A stretch of 63,342 nucleotides of DNA, filler included, from Octopus bimaculoides (taxonomy: Eukaryota), in assembly GCF_001194135.2 (NCBI RefSeq). It is 8 parts of 8 records of this genome, joined end to end, with 100 filler letters (N's around TTAATTAATTAA, not from the genome) between each part and the next. Parts side by side here need not be neighbours in the genome. Positions count along the whole stretch, not along the records: positions 18,736 to 35,255 come from NC_069004.1; positions 35,356 to 46,306 come from NC_069005.1; 6 more parts are not named here. The stretch is one strand, 5' to 3'. Below, in pieces: positions 24,782-39,968 of the stretch. The notes beneath the pieces were generated by a model that ran no database searches, was not told where the DNA came from, and worked only from the letters and a program-made list of their open reading frames with translations. A program made the translations under genes and the position numbers. Position 1 is the stretch's first letter; every line of letters begins with the position of its first letter.

Positions 24782-27700
24782 CATTTATATACCTGTATAT
24801 ATATGTGTGCGTGTGTGTGGATCAGTGTCTGTGTGTATGAGTGCGCTTGTGCTTGTATGGTGTGTGTGTGTGTGTGTGTTTGTGTCTCTCTGTCTCTGTC
24901 TGTTTCTGTGTTCGACTGTATGCATTCTTCTTTGGAAAATGTAATGCATGCCTATAATGTGTTGCGTATGCGGAGAAAGAGCGTACATTGATTTACTAAA
25001 TAATAATCATTCTGCTTTAATCTCGGTCTTCACGACGACGACGCCAACGACGACGACGACGACGACGATAAGGACGATGTTGACGACGATAACGACGACA
25101 GCCAGCTTTATAATAACGGTGGTGATGACGATGATGACGATTATGGTGATTGTAAAAATAATTCCAGCTTAAAATACCACCCATATTGAGAACTGACATT
25201 GATACGCACTAACTGAAGTCGCTTCCTTTCCCCGTGATCCCGGTTTTGCATCTATTCAACGGAAGGCAAGGAGCTCAAGTATCTTCCACACTGGCTCACA
25301 TTTGATTTTTGTCTTCGCCCAAGGAAATTTTTCAGAACTATGAGAAGCAATGGTGGATTCTATATAATCGACTGCTAACTTCAATGTCACTGCTCTCGAT
25401 TAGCCACAATCGAAATCCAAGCCGGCAAAAACCAATGATCAAGCATCAACGGAGCATACATCATACTGCAATAAAATGCAACTCGTAAAACCGGAAGTTC
25501 TGCCATTATCTTTGTTATCTCCAGCGGTGGATTAACAAAATATTTTTGAGCGGTGTTCGTTACGGATCTTTACCCTCCGATTCTACGCGGCCAAAATCTC
25601 GCTTATAAAACATACTATGCAGGCGAACGAATTAGAAGAATTGACAGTGTGTGAGAGAAAAGGGTCTGTGATATTTCGTTCCGGACCTCTGCACACTGAG
25701 ATCAAATAACACAGAAGGAATGTCCTTCTTCTTTAGTAGCCGATAAACAAGAAATACCAATTAAACACTTGCGCCAATACATCTCTCTCTCTCCCCTCTC
25801 TCTCTCTCTCTCTCCCCTCTCTCTCTCTCTCTCTCTCTNNNNNNNNNNNNNNNNNNNNNNNNNNNNNNNNNNNNNNNNNNNNNNNNNNNNNNNNNNNNNN
25901 NNNNNNNNNNNNNNNNNNNNNNNNNNNNNNNNNNNNNNNNNNNNNNNNNNNNNNNNNNNNNNNNNNNNNNNNNNNNNNNNNNNNNNNNNNNNNNNNNNNN
26001 NNNNNNNNNNNNNNNNNNNNNNNNNNNNNNNNNNNNNNNNNNNNNNNNNNNNNNNNNNNNNNNNNNNNNNNNNNNNNNNNNNNNNNNNNNNNNNNNNNNN
26101 NNNNNNNNNNNNNNNNNNNNNNNNNNNNNNNNNNNNNNNNNNNNNNNNNNNNNNNNNNNNNNNNNNNNNNNNNNNNNNNNNNNNNNNNNNNNNNNNNNNN
26201 NNNNNNNNNNNNNNNNNNNNNNNNNNNNNNNNNNNNNNNNNNNNNNNNNNNNNNNNNNNNNNNNNNNNNNNNNNNNNNNNNNNNNNNNNNNNNNNNNNNN
26301 NNNNNNNNNNNNNNNNNNNNNNNNNNNNNNNNNNNNNNNNNNNNNNNNNNNNNNNNNNNNNNNNNNNNNNNNNNNNNNNNNNNNNNNNNNNNNNNNNNNN
26401 NNNNNNNNNNNNNNNNNNNNNNNNNNNNNNNNNNNNNNNNNNNNNNNNNNNNNNNNNNNNNNNNNNNNNNNNNNNNNNNNNNNNNNNNNNNNNNNNNNNN
26501 NNNNNNNNNNNNNNNNNNNNNNNNNNNNNNNNNNNNNNNNNNNNNNNNNNNNNNNNNNNNNNNNNNNNNNNNNNNNNNNNNNNNNNNNNNNNNNNNNNNN
26601 NNNNNNNNNNNNNNNNNNNNNNNNNNNNNNNNNNNNNNNNNNNNNNNNNNNNNNNNNNNATATATATATATATATATACGGGTGATAGGAAGAGAAATTG
26701 AGAAAAATACATCTATATGAACGTAAACAAATCTATAGATATATGCATATTTACGCATAAAACTATATGTATATTTGCATTCATGCGTATATCTTTTCAG
26801 TCCATATAGCAATATATCAACATTTACGCATACAAACAGATATACATGTACATATACGTACATACATACATACATATTCTATTTTTGTATTGTTCACATC
26901 ATATATCGTCTTCCTTTTCATAGATTTGTAGGAAATGTTCATTTTTTTCTTCTAGGAAATATAATTATTTATTGTATCTATTGTTAGGTAAATGTACAGA
27001 CGGAGAGTTCAAATCCAGTTAAATACGGTATTCTATTTTTATTTGCGTATCTTATCCATGCAAACCATGAAGTGAATTTCCAAACGTAATTATCGTTAAG
27101 TTGTCTACATTATTATTTCCTTCGTGTGTCGTATATATATATATATATATATNNNNNNNNNNNNNNNNNNNNNNNNNNNNNNNNNNNNNNNNNNNNNNNN
27201 NNNNNNNNNNNNNNNNNNNNNNNNNNNNNNNNNNNNNNNNNNNNNNNNNNNNNNNNNNNNNNNNNNNNNNNNNNNNNNNNNNNNNNNNNNNNNNNNNNNN
27301 NNNNNNNNNNNNNNNNNNNNNNNNNNNNNNNNNNNNNNNNNNNNNNNNNNNNNNNNNNNNNNNNNNNNNNNNNNNNNNNNNNNNNNNNNNNNNNNNNNNN
27401 NNNNNNNNNNNNNNNNNNNNNNNNNNNNNNNNNNNNNNNNNNNNNNNNNNNNNNNNNNNNNNNNNNNNNNNNNNNNNNNNNNNNNNNNNNNNNNNNNNNN
27501 NNNNNNNNNNNNNNNNNNNNNNNNNNNNNNNNNNNNNNNNNNNNNNNNNNNNNNNNNNNNNNNNNNNNNNNNNNNNNNNNNNNNNNNNNNNNNNNNNNNN
27601 NNNNNNNNNNNNNNNNNNNNNNNNNNNNNNNNNNNNNNNNNNNNNNNNNNNNNNNNNNNNNNNNNNNNNNNNNNNNNNNNNNNNNNNNNNNNNNNNNNNN

Positions 27701-28425
27701 NNNNNNNNNNNNNNNNNNNNNNNNNNNNNNNNNNNNNNNNNNNNNNNNNNNNNNNNNNNNNNNNNNNNNNNNNNNNNNNNNNNNNNNNNNNNNNNNNNNN
27801 NNNNNNNNNNNNNNNNNNNNNNNNNNNNNNNNNNNNNNNNNNNNNNNNNNNNNNNNNNNNNNNNNNNNNNNNNNNNNNNNNNNNNNNNNNNNNNNNNNNN
27901 NNNNNNNNNNNNNNNNNNNNNNNNNNNNNNNNNNNNNNNNNNNNNNNNNNNNNNNNNNNNNNNNNNNNNNNNNNNNNNNNNNNNNNNNNNNNNNNNTGTG
28001 TATAGGTACTTATCTTTGAGAGTTTCTTGATCGGGACAAATAACTTCATTCTGAACATTCCACAATGCTAATCATGAAACAAGATTAAAAAGAATAATTC
28101 GTAGGACACTTAAATATATAATTATACACACACAAATACTCACAGACACGCACACGCACACCACATACATAGATACGTATATATGCATACGTGAACACGT
28201 ATATGTGCGTGTTTTTGCAGGGTTATCTGAGTGTGTTTGCATTTATCTGTATATTTATGCACATACACGCATGTGCGCGTGTGCGTTTGCGTGTATGTTT
28301 GCATATACTCATACAGACAAATGAACAAGCATACGTACATTCATACATACGTAAAAAAATTCAGAGCGAGTTGATATTTAGTGAAACAAAACACAAGGAG
28401 GTGGTAAAGAAAATGGGTCTTTTTC

Positions 28426-28550
28426 TACATATACTACATATATACTGCATATATATTTTGAAGGGACATATACTACATATATACTACATATAAAATACAT
28501 ATATACTACATATATACTACATATATACTACATATATACTACATACATAT
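28426..28550. repeat. 11-bp minisatellite (ACTACATATAT)n
   Basis: Several exact tandem units are visible, with a duplicated ATATTTTGAAGG. Confidence 0.8.
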
Positions 28551-28888
28551 TTTGAAGGAAGAACAACAGCAATTTACACATTCGTTTCGCGTAGATATAC
28601 AAAAAAGGTGATTAAAGTAAATTAGTGTGGAATTGGATAAAGGAAAAAACTATTTCCTATAGTGTTTAGATAATTAATTGCAGAAGGGAAAGACGTGATA
28701 ATGTAGAATAATCACAACAAGCGATTAAACTAATTTAGAAACGGCATGGATGCGAAATAATTCGATGTTGTCAGTAAAAATTAATTGAAGCAAGGGATAT
28801 TACAAAGGAAAATGTACACACACTCACATACGTATACGTATATACTGGTATATATATATATATATATATATACACTCATATGTATACA

Positions 28889-28980
<92 letters not shown>

Positions 28981-31536
28981 TGTGTCTGTGTATATATATA
29001 TAGGTGTGTGTGTGTCTGTGTCTAGAAACTAGGCAAGTATAAATATAAACGAGTGGGATTGCGAACCTTTACATAGATACAATTAAAAATTGTATATCGA
29101 TAAATTATTGAGATGAAAGCTGTAAACAGTTTAGGAAAACGTGTGCATGGATGGATGTATGTGTGTGTATAAATATATATACACATACACGCACATATAT
29201 ATGTATTTTTTTATATATATTTATATGTATAAATGTTTTATATATATATACATATTTATGCATGTATATGCATGTATAGGTATTCATGTATATATATATA
29301 TATATATGTTTATGGATGTATATATATATATATATAAATAAATAAATATATATATATACATACATATATATATATATNNNNNNNNNNNNNNNNNNNNNNN
29401 NNNNNNNNNATACCGTGTGCATGAGTGTGTGTCGTTAACGGGAAAAGGAGCAATAAAGAGCATATTAAACGTCTGAATCATGGCAAAGTAAGAACTAAAT
29501 TGAATTCACTACATTTTATTAAGAAAGGAAAGAAAAAAATTACAATTTAAAATCACGTTGAAAAATTTTTGGGAGCTTAGTTCGCCATATTTGAATATGT
29601 GAAACTGCTCCATCTCCTCGAATATTTTTTTTTTTTAAGAGACCCAGGGGAGATAATTAACTTACTCCTGCATGCAAAGGTAAATTTATTGAACGAGTTC
29701 ATATACTCCCACATGTCTATATATATATGTGTGTATATATATATATATTATTATTATTGGAAACATTGTGTAATATGTCAGTTGCTAAGGAGTGTAGATG
29801 TTGATAGATACTGGAAGGCATATTGCAATTAGGAAGAAATTTCATGTTGAAAATGATTTTGGGGTATACTTTAATGAGAAAAATTACGTTGTGCAGTATA
29901 TATAATTACAATAACATATTGACAAGGGAAATGTGGCAGAACTAAAAACAATATATGCATATATGTGTGTGTTATTTAAATGAACATAGGTGGTGTAAGA
30001 GTTATTTCGTTAGTGCAATTATAACTGTAAACGTAATATGATTGTCTGGGTGAGGAATAATATAATTTAGTCGCAAACGCAAGATATGCATATAAATATA
30101 TATATATATACATATATCTATACGTATATATATGTCTATATATATATANNNNNNNNNNNNNNNNNNNNNNNNNNNNNNNNNNNNNNNNNNNNNNNNNNNN
30201 NNNNNNNNNNNNNNNNNNNNNNNNNNNNNNNNNNNNNNNNNNNNNNNNNNNNNNNNNNNNNNNNNNNNNNNNNNNNNNNNNNNNNNNNNNNNNNNNNNNN
30301 NNNNNNNNNNNNNNNNNNNNNNNNNNNNNNNNNNNNNNNNNNNNNNNNNNNNNNNNNNNNNNNNNNNNNNNNNNNNNNNNNNNNNNNNNNNNNNNNNNNN
30401 NNNNNNNNNNNNNNNNNNNNNNNNNNNNNNNNNNNNNNNNNNNNNNNNNNNNNNNNNNNNNNNNNNNNNNNNNNNNNNNNNNNNNNNNNNNNNNNNNNNN
30501 NNNNNNNNNNNNNNNNNNNNNNNNNNNNNNNNNNNNNNNNNNNNNNNNNNNNNNNNNNNNNNNNNNNNNNNNNNNNNNNNNNNNNNNNNNNNNNNNNNNN
30601 NNNNNNNNNNNNNNNNNNNNNNNNNNNNNNNNNNNNNNNNNNNNNNNNNNNNNNNNNNNNNNNNNNNNNNNNNNNNNNNNNNNNNNNNNNNNNNNNNNNN
30701 NNNNNNNNNNNNNNNNNNNNNNNNNNNNNNNNNNNACATACATACATACATACATACGTACATATATACATACATGCATGCATATATACATGCATATATA
30801 TATACATACATGCATCTATACATACAAACGTACGTACATACATACATGCTTATATACATAGACATTCATTCATACATACATGCATGCATGCACACACACA
30901 TACACACATACATACATACACACACTCGCCCACACATACACATATACATACATACTTACATACATACATACATACATACGTACATATATACATACATGCA
31001 TGCACACACATACATACACATACATACATACATACATACATACAAGCATCCACACACATACACGTTCATACATATGTACATGTGGTTCCAACGCAGTTTT
31101 CCGACTGCCGTATTACGAAGCGTTCCTTGATGCCTGCTCCCTGCTAAAAACACGAGGCTCTCCTACTGGACTCGCATATCGTTCCCATCCATTCCGGGTG
31201 ACAACACTTTTCTGATAACACCACTGAGCACAAGTCTACGTTCCATTGGAGTCGGCTATCTCCTCTAATTCATCTTTCGGTTAGCAACGAAGACACGTAC
31301 TATATACACTAGAGACAATGATATCAGTTACCATAAAAGCAACCATGAATAATGTAGTACTACATCAAAAGAATTTCGAGAGAGCTCTTTCGTATTTCCG
31401 AATAACGGTAAATTTCATTGGAAATGGATATACGCAGTTTCTAATGGATGACGTTTGCAGAATCCATTGGGAAACAACATATGAATATGTATATACGATT
31501 GTTGCCAATACGTGCTTGCTCCTGTGTATACACCAG

Positions 31537-31570
<34 letters not shown>

Positions 31571-32878
31571 NNNNNNNNNNNNNNNNNNNNNNNNNNNNNN
31601 NNNNNNNNNNNNNNNNNNNNNNNNNNNNNNNNNNNNNNNNNNNNNNNNNNNNNNNNNNNNNNNNNNNNNNNNNNNNNNNNNNNNNNNNNNNNNNNNNNNN
31701 NNNNNNNNNNNNNNNNNNNNNNNNNNNNNNNNNNNNNNNNNNNNNNNNNNNNNNNNNNNNNNNNNNNNNNNNNNNNNNNNNNNNNNNNNNNNNNNNNNNN
31801 NNNNNNNNNNNNNNNNNNNNNNNNNNNNNNNNNNNNNNNNNNNNNNNNNNNNNNNNNNNNNNNNNNNNNNNNNNNNNNNNNNNNNNNNNNNNNNNNNNNN
31901 NNNNNNNNNNNNNNNNNNNNNNNNNNNNNNNNNNNNNNNNNNNNNNNNNNNNNNNNNNNNNNNNNNNNNNNNNNNNNNNNNNNNNNNNNNNNNNNNNNNN
32001 NNNNNNNNNNNNNNNNNNNNNNNNNNNNNNNNNNNNNNNNNNNNNNNNNNNNNNNNNNNNNNNNNNNNNNNNNNNNNNNNNNNNNNNNNNNNNNNNNNNN
32101 NNNNNNNNNNNNNNNNNNNNNNNNNNNNNNNNNNNNNNNNNNNNNNNNNNNNNNNNNNNNNNNNNNNNNNNNNNNNNNNNNNNNNNNNNNNNNNNNNNNN
32201 NNNNNNNNNNNNNNNNNNNNNNNNNNNNNNNNNNNNNNNNNNNNNNNNNNNNNNNNTTTTCAAAAAAAAAAAAAAAATCTATTGCCGTTGTCCATTACCG
32301 TGAGATGCCATCTATGTAGACCAGTCGGAAACATATATTAATAGGAAACCTAGGCTAAAAGGAAACTTAATTTTATTATATTTTCGATCTTTTGAAACCA
32401 CGTCATCAGATATATTTCGCTGAAATTTTCATTTTGTTTTATTTAATATAAATATATATTTTTTTTACATTATGTCGCAAAACGACCCTTGCATGCACTC
32501 TGTTACGGTTTTCTAATTTATCTCTCGTATGCATACCCTAGCTATGAATATACGGCCATGTTGGAGCACTATTATATATATTAAAACTCACTTGATTTCG
32601 ATTTCCGAGAATTTATATTTGCAGATGTGGTGAATATCATTAGGATACTGAGAGACATTTAAGTACGTCGACAAGACGGAAATCAGTCACAAACTATGAA
32701 TTTATTTATTGGGTATAAACGACTGCACAGTAGTATTTGTCGCGTTCTTCTCCCTTACTAAACTTCAATACGGACTTCGACCTTCATGCTATTTCTCTAA
32801 TGCTTCCTCGAAGCTATTCAAATAACAAGAATATACATCCAAACACACACACACACATAAACACACACTTATATGTGA

Positions 32879-32934
<56 letters not shown>

Positions 32935-33163
32935 GTGTGTGGATTCGTGTATGTATATATACATGTATGTATGTTTGCGCGTGCGTGAATATGTGCGTAT
33001 GTGCATGTATGTGTATGTGTGTGTCTGCGTGTGTGGCTTAAAGGAATTAGCTGCTCCTTGTAAATAGATCTAACGTAGAATCGAAATACACAGATATCCC
33101 TCAACTCTACCACGCACACACACATACACACACACACACATAAACATATATATATATACACAT

Positions 33164-33210
<47 letters not shown>

Positions 33211-33497
33211 AATAGGTACATATAAATATATAGCAGTGTAAATACGTTTGTATTTATATACATGTATATGGATGTATATGCATGCAATCAAAGGTGATCT
33301 AGAAATTAACTGAAGCAGGAAAGGATCACGTGAAGATAAGGCAATGCATCTGGGATACATGAAAGCTAAGACAACTTATGTTTGATTGGTTAATCAACAT
33401 TAACGTGTTACAAAGGGAGTTTTCACCTTCGCATACACATTTCACATGCACGCACACACACACACATAGATATGTACATACATACATACATACATAA

Positions 33498-33573
<76 letters not shown>

Positions 33574-33811
33574 ATATATATATATATATTTATACATATG
33601 CATACATATATATATACATATGCACGTATATATATATATATATATATCCATATATATATATACACATATGCATATATATATGGATATATGTATATGTATA
33701 TATATACATATTTATATGCATGTATGTATACATATACATATATGTATTTATACGCCTATACAGGTAGATATCAGGCTGGTGTTGATGATGATGATGACGA
33801 TGACGACCAGT

Positions 33812-33877
33812 ATGCGGATTCTTATTGTGATAGTTGCTTTATCTCTTCACGCGTTACGTGCCTCATATGAGACATGT
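33812..33877 (+). CDS. Signal-peptide exon ([22 protein letters not shown]) of a putative secreted or surface protein
   Basis: Basic-hydrophobic-small pattern typical of a signal peptide; donor TGT|GTAAGT (phase 0); upstream acceptor TACAG| at 33763; in-frame upstream ATGs from 33785. Confidence 0.55.
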
Positions 33878-34653
33878 GTAAGTCATAGGATTAACGTGAC
33901 ATCATACGCTTGTTCGAAAAGTTTCTCTAATTTAATATCAATTGAGAAGCAGAAACAAGGTGATTGCAAAAACTACTTCAAGACCTGATACTGAATCATT
34001 AGTCCTTTTTCGTTCTCCCATAAAAGAGCACCAGCAATTATATATGGGGTTTGATTTCGAATCCATGTTTATTCCTCTAGAAACCTAACCTCGTATCAGC
34101 CTATCTGCCTGATAACGCGCATACACACACGGACACACACACACGCGCACACACGTACACAGACGCACGCAAATATATATATATATNNNNNNNNNNNNNN
34201 NNNNNNNNNNNNNNNNNNNNNNNNNNNNNNNNNNNNNNNNNNNNNNNNNNNNNNNNNNNNNNNNNNNNNNNNNNNNNNNNNNNNNNNNNNNNNNNNNNNN
34301 NNNNNNNNNNNNNNNNNNNNNNNNNNNNNNNNNNNNNNNNNNNNNNNNNNNNNNNNNNNNNNNNNNNNNNNNNNNNNNNNNNNNNNNNNNNNNNNNNNNN
34401 NNNNNNNNNNNNNNNNNNNNNNNNNNNNNNNNNNNNNNNNNNNNNNNNNNNNNNNNNNNNNNNNNNNNNNNNNNNNNNNNNNNNNNNNNNNNNNNNNNNN
34501 NNNNNNNNNNNNNNNNNNNNNNNNNNNNNNNNNNNNNNNNNNNNNNNNNNNNNNNNNNNNNNNNNNNNNNNNNNNNNNNNNNNNNNNNNNNNNNNNNNNN
34601 NNNNNNNNNNNNNNNNNNNNNNNNNNNNNNNNNNNNNNNNNNNNNNNNNNNNN

Positions 34654-34711
<58 letters not shown>

Positions 34712-34885
34712 ACATATATATATATATATATATATGTGTATGTATGTATATACATATAAATGGGGGTGCATGCGTGTGTGTGTGTGCGTTTATGTTCGTA
34801 CTTGTGCGTATGTGTATTTGTGAGCATGTTAACACACACTATCTGAGAAAGAAGATAGCATGTTGTATTACAAGTCTGTATTCAG

Positions 34886-34982
34886 GACGTGCCTGCCCCC
34901 TTGTCAAGACCGAATATCGCAATGGTATTCTGCTGTCCAGACAGAACCACTAACGCAAATAGTACCATCGACAATACCAATG
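34886..34982 (+). CDS. Exon 2 of the putative secreted protein (DVPAPLSRPNIAMVFCCPDRTTNANSTIDNTN)
   Basis: TATTCAG| acceptor, ATG|GTAATT donor, 97 nt, phase 0->1, compatible with both neighbouring exons. Confidence 0.5.
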
Positions 34983-35210
34983 GTAATTACGAAGACTAAT
35001 ACTTTATTCTGCTGGTCCTAACCATTATACAAAAACAGTCATCTTTAGACGGTACTATCGCATTTACCCCCATGCTACTAAGCGACATCATGATCCTACT
35101 TCAAACGACAAATTTCGTATTAAATATCCGTACAATAATCACATACTTTCTTTCTCCTTTACTCTCTCTGCCTCTTTTTCTTTCAACCTACGTGTGTGTG
35201 TCTGTGTGTC

Positions 35211-35255
<45 letters not shown>

Positions 35256-35532
35256 NNNNNNNNNNNNNNNNNNNNNNNNNNNNNNNNNNNNNNNNNNNNT
35301 TAATTAATTAANNNNNNNNNNNNNNNNNNNNNNNNNNNNNNNNNNNNNNNNNNNNTATATATATATATATATATATATATGCATATATATACGCACACAT
35401 ACATACATACATACAAACATACATGCACACATACATATGTATGCTTGTGGGTGCGCTTTATATCTAACCAGAGACAAAAATTAATTAAATATTAAAAAGA
35501 AACGCATATGTAAGATACACAGATTATTTCAG

Positions 35533-35614
35533 AAAAGATTGATAGTGACTTCGAAGTTTTTCCAATAGACAATCAAATGGAGTCCACCGGCAACGAAACG
35601 TCGAAAGGAAATAG
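35533..35614 (+). CDS. Exon 3 of the putative secreted protein (EKIDSDFEVFPIDNQMESTGNETSKGN)
   Basis: ATTATTTCAG| acceptor, TAG|GTAAGA donor, 82 nt, phase 1->2; lies across the 35256-35355 scaffold spacer from exon 2. Confidence 0.5.
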
Positions 35615-37199
35615 GTAAGACTATTGCATAAAAATGTCTCCATTGATACACATACTCCTCCCCCAAACTTATTGGCCTTCTACTCAAATTTGAAACAATA
35701 GTCTTTTCTACTCGAGGCACAAGGCCCGAAGTTTTGGGGGGAGAGGCCAGTCGATTAGATATACTCACATATGTTGATGAATGCTTAAATCTTTTTAAAA
35801 CATACCAAGTATTTGTCCTTTCTGACTCGCGCTGAAGTCAACCACCAAAAGCAGGATCGGCCACTTCGCCTTGATTCCATACTATGCCTGTTATGGATTG
35901 AGTCTACCAGCGGTTGGAAGTTGAAGTTACTTATTCATCGTCCCACACAGTGACATCGAATCCGGTTCCACATAATTTCCATTCAAAACACTTAACCACA
36001 TGGCCATGTCTGAGTCGCCCATACGAAGTTCCGTTAACATTTGAGGAAGCATGGAAGCGTTTTAACCATTAATATTCCTCTGCAGTTAACGACTCACATA
36101 AAACGTGACAATTTTCGTAAACACAAGCAGAATAAAATGTCCATAATTACATTTATATTACAAAACTACAAATCAAATATAATTTTCGTAACTACGATAA
36201 CTCTGAAATAAAGTCTCTAGTCACATGACAACTTCTGAATAATTTATATAGAAAATTAGCTTAGAGAAAACATGAGTAAAAAAATGAATGAATGCTAATG
36301 TAATTCTGAAAGGTGCCATTATATATATTTATNNNNNNNNNNNNNNNNNNNNNNNNNNNNNNNNNNNNNNNNNNNNNNNNNNNNNNNNNNNNNNNNNNNN
36401 NNNNNNNNNNNNNNNNNNNNNNNNNNNNNNNNNNNNNNNNNNNNNNNNNNNNNNNNNNNNNNNNNNNNNNNNNNNNNNNNNNNNNNNNNNNNNNNNNNNN
36501 NNNNNTATATATATATATATGCATACAGATACATACACACATGCATGCATATATAGATTCATGTATGTGTATACATGTGTACGTGTATGTATATATATCT
36601 GTAGACATATTACATTAAATTAGAATGGTTAGTTACATATGGCCATATGTTTCACACTGCAAATTTTTCAATGCAAAAATGCCTCGAGTATTGTTGATGG
36701 GATTTCCAATCCAACATAGGATGGTTTGTTTGAAAACAAGATGTTGTAAAGCTGAGTGAAGAAATTATAAATTCAGTGTGCGAAGGAAGTACAAAAGGTA
36801 GAGGAAATGTGGTGATTTAGAAAGGACGTATGAGTATAAAAGTACATCAAACCTAAAGTTAGATACTGAGACAAAAATGATTTAGAAGCCAATTGGCGAA
36901 AGTATACGAATGAAGAGACTAGCTAATGACTTGTTTCACTAGCAATGCAATAAAGAGGTACAAATATATACATTTTACTTGCGGAAAAGAAGGAGGATTT
37001 AAACATACTTTGAATAGTATCAATTAATATAGTATCAATATAATATTAACAGTATTAATTAACATGTAGCAGTAATCAATGATTTATAAAGCAAATACGT
37101 TAATGAGACAATCAAAGAAGAATGTCTACACTTGAAGAGAAAATGGACTCCTGTAACTCCAGTATTGACTGAGCTGTCATGTGTTGGAAGGGATGCGTC

Positions 37200-37230
<31 letters not shown>

Positions 37231-37342
37231 AAGAAGAAGAAGAAGAAGAAGAAGAAGAAGAAGAAGAAGAAGAAGAAGAAGAAGAAGAAGAAGAAGAAGA
37301 AGAAGAAGAAGAAGAAGAAGAAGAAGAAGAAGAAGAAGAAAG
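37200..37342. repeat. Long pure (AAG)n microsatellite (others at about 41738-41813 and 60025-60070)
   Basis: Seen directly; explains the poly-K/poly-R/poly-L ORFs. Confidence 0.98.
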
Positions 37343-38611
37343 CAGATAACTATAACCAAAGAGAAACAGTTAAATAGACGTCTACCTAGGTATTAGGAGG
37401 TGGAAGGCGTCGGATTAAAAATAATACAAAAATATAAAATTTATGCCCAGAATCCTACTGGAGAAGCTATAATAATAGGTTATGTAATAATTAACGTTAA
37501 AATAAGGAAATAGGGTTCTAAAAAACAATATTTCTAATGTGAAAATGAGTAGACTTAAGGAGGAAGAAGATGTAAAGGATGAAGTAATTATAGATAAGTA
37601 AACCTACAGGTAAGGTTGTGAAAAGGAAAAGAAGTTAAAGAGAGCATAATGTTAGGGTAGGTAGAGAAACGTTGGGAAGCAAAGCATAGTAATATCAAAA
37701 AGTAGGTAAATAATCAAAAATAAACTGGAAATATCGTAAAGATTGAAGTCAGCTATGAAGAAATAACACATTAAAAAAACATATTAGATCTCAGTCGGTG
37801 TTTTAAGGGCCTCTGTCGGTCAATATTGACCATGCATTACTCGTATCTATAAATGCAGAGCTGAATAAGATACAAAACCGTTTCGTTATGTTTGATTGGA
37901 TTTTATTGGTTTACCTTTCAATGTCTCTCTACCAAACACCGAGGTATTGCTTTGCATACTCTACATTTTTCTAACTATATTACTTCTTCCTACATCTGCA
38001 TTATAATTATACTAACAAGGGCTGTGCATTATAGGCCCCGGGGCAAGGCAATACACTGGCCCCTTTACTATTTACTTATTGTCAGCAGACCACAACATAT
38101 ATTAAAATTGTGCCTCTAGACCCGTGAGGCACCCGGGCAACTACCCATACTTTTAAGATGGCGTTGCTACCAATACCTCGGTCGCACCCACCATCAACTA
38201 CTTTTCCAAAATCTTTCTACAACTTTACATTCAATTCTTGCATTTAATTTAAATGTTTTTATTTGTAATTAGAAAATGAAGCTCGTTGAATAGATTAAGC
38301 TTGTAATTAAAAAATTTAATCTTGTCGCACGGTCATAACACTCAACAACTTCGCAGGTTAATTCGCAGAGAAGATTATTCAAGTGATCAGACAAGTGAAT
38401 ACCCTTCTTTGGCATACACGAACGAACTCTATTTAGCTGCTTCCTAGGGCTAAATAGCAGTAGTATTATTCTCTTCATGGGACTGTCACATTAAGTTGAC
38501 AGCATACAACTACTTTATTGCATCACTACTGCATAAATCTCTCTGAGAGATTTAGAAATGTATTATTTATATATATGCTGTAAACTTACTTTTTGGCCAC
38601 CCTGTATATAT

Positions 38612-38809
38612 AAGTAGGTTTACAGTTATTCAACTATCTCTTTCGCATTCATATATTAACAGTTTAGGTCTTAATTATAAAAAAATATGAAACCATTGTT
38701 CTATGCTAATTTAGTTAATTACAAGATAGAAATTTAAATGTAATAAAATGTTTTAAAAGAAATTTAAAGTGCCTACATGATAACTGTAAACCTACTTTCG
38801 GGCCACCTG
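38612..38809. mobile_element. Tc1/mariner-type MITE with an adjacent solo end at 38579-38604
   Basis: Inverted repeat AAGTAGGTTTACAGTTAT / ATAACTGTAAACCTACTT, right end ...GGCCACCTG-TA. Confidence 0.75.
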
Positions 38810-39133
38810 TATGTACGTATGTATATGTATATATATTCATATACACATGCATACATTGTACATACATACATACATACACACGCTCGCTCGCGTGCGGTAA
38901 AAAAGACGCGAGTGGTTTTGATAGATCGTTGTGCATATATCAAGCAGCTTAAACGGTATATATATAAAAGAAATGTTTTGCATTATGTTAACAAAAGGTC
39001 AGTTGAACACAATTGCAAATATTTGCAGCGTATATACATTTTCAAACCTACGAGACATCTTGTGTGTGTGTATGTGTGTGGGCGCATGCGTACGTGCGTG
39101 TGTGTGTGGTTGCACATGTATGAATCTATTGGT

Positions 39134-39189
<56 letters not shown>

Positions 39190-39646
39190 GTGTATTTATA
39201 TATTTATAAATGTATGTATAAGCGTATGTGAAGTTCATTGGTGTATACGTACGTTTGTGTGTATGGGAAGGAGTGTAGGTGGGTATGTTTGACCAAGAAC
39301 GTAAATTCTCGTTTTAGCACAGAATGTATATAGTACGTCAACGAATTTGTGAATGAGTTGTATGTCTACGCTTTTGTGTTTTCTTTAATATGTATAACGG
39401 TATATGTGTGTATGGATTGGAGGACGTGTGAGGGCGTTGAGTGGGTGTATAAATGTGTGGGATAGAATATTCGCCTGTAGAAGTGTGTGTGTGTGTTGAG
39501 TTAGTGTGTGTATACTCTATTAAACGCATGTAAATGTTATGTCTATTAGTGTATATAAGAGTATTTGTGGGTGGCTGGCTGGGTATCCATGACGTCTGTT
39601 TGTATGTGGGGGCGACTATGTTTGTTGGTATCCAGGTATGCGTGGG

Positions 39647-39696
<50 letters not shown>

Positions 39697-39912
39697 AGGT
39701 GAGTATGCGTGAGAGAGAAGACCGTCGAAAGAAAAGGAGACAGAGAAAAAGAGGGAGAAAGAAGGGAGCAGAGAGAGTGAGAGAGAATGTATCGGTGATG
39801 AAAGGAAGTGGAAAGAAGTAATAGTAGAGAGGGGGGGAGAAGAGAAACAATGTGAGATAGAGAGAGAGAGAAAGAGAGATAGAAAGAGAGAGAGGGGGAG
39901 AAACGAAACAGT

Positions 39913-39968
<56 letters not shown>

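Noticed and set aside
38357-38447. Phase-2 terminal exon candidate (LIRREDYSSDQTSEYPSLAYTNELYLAAS*) for the signal-peptide gene
   Set aside because: It lacks a pyrimidine tract and its end overlaps a repeated segment; not excluded, but unsupported.
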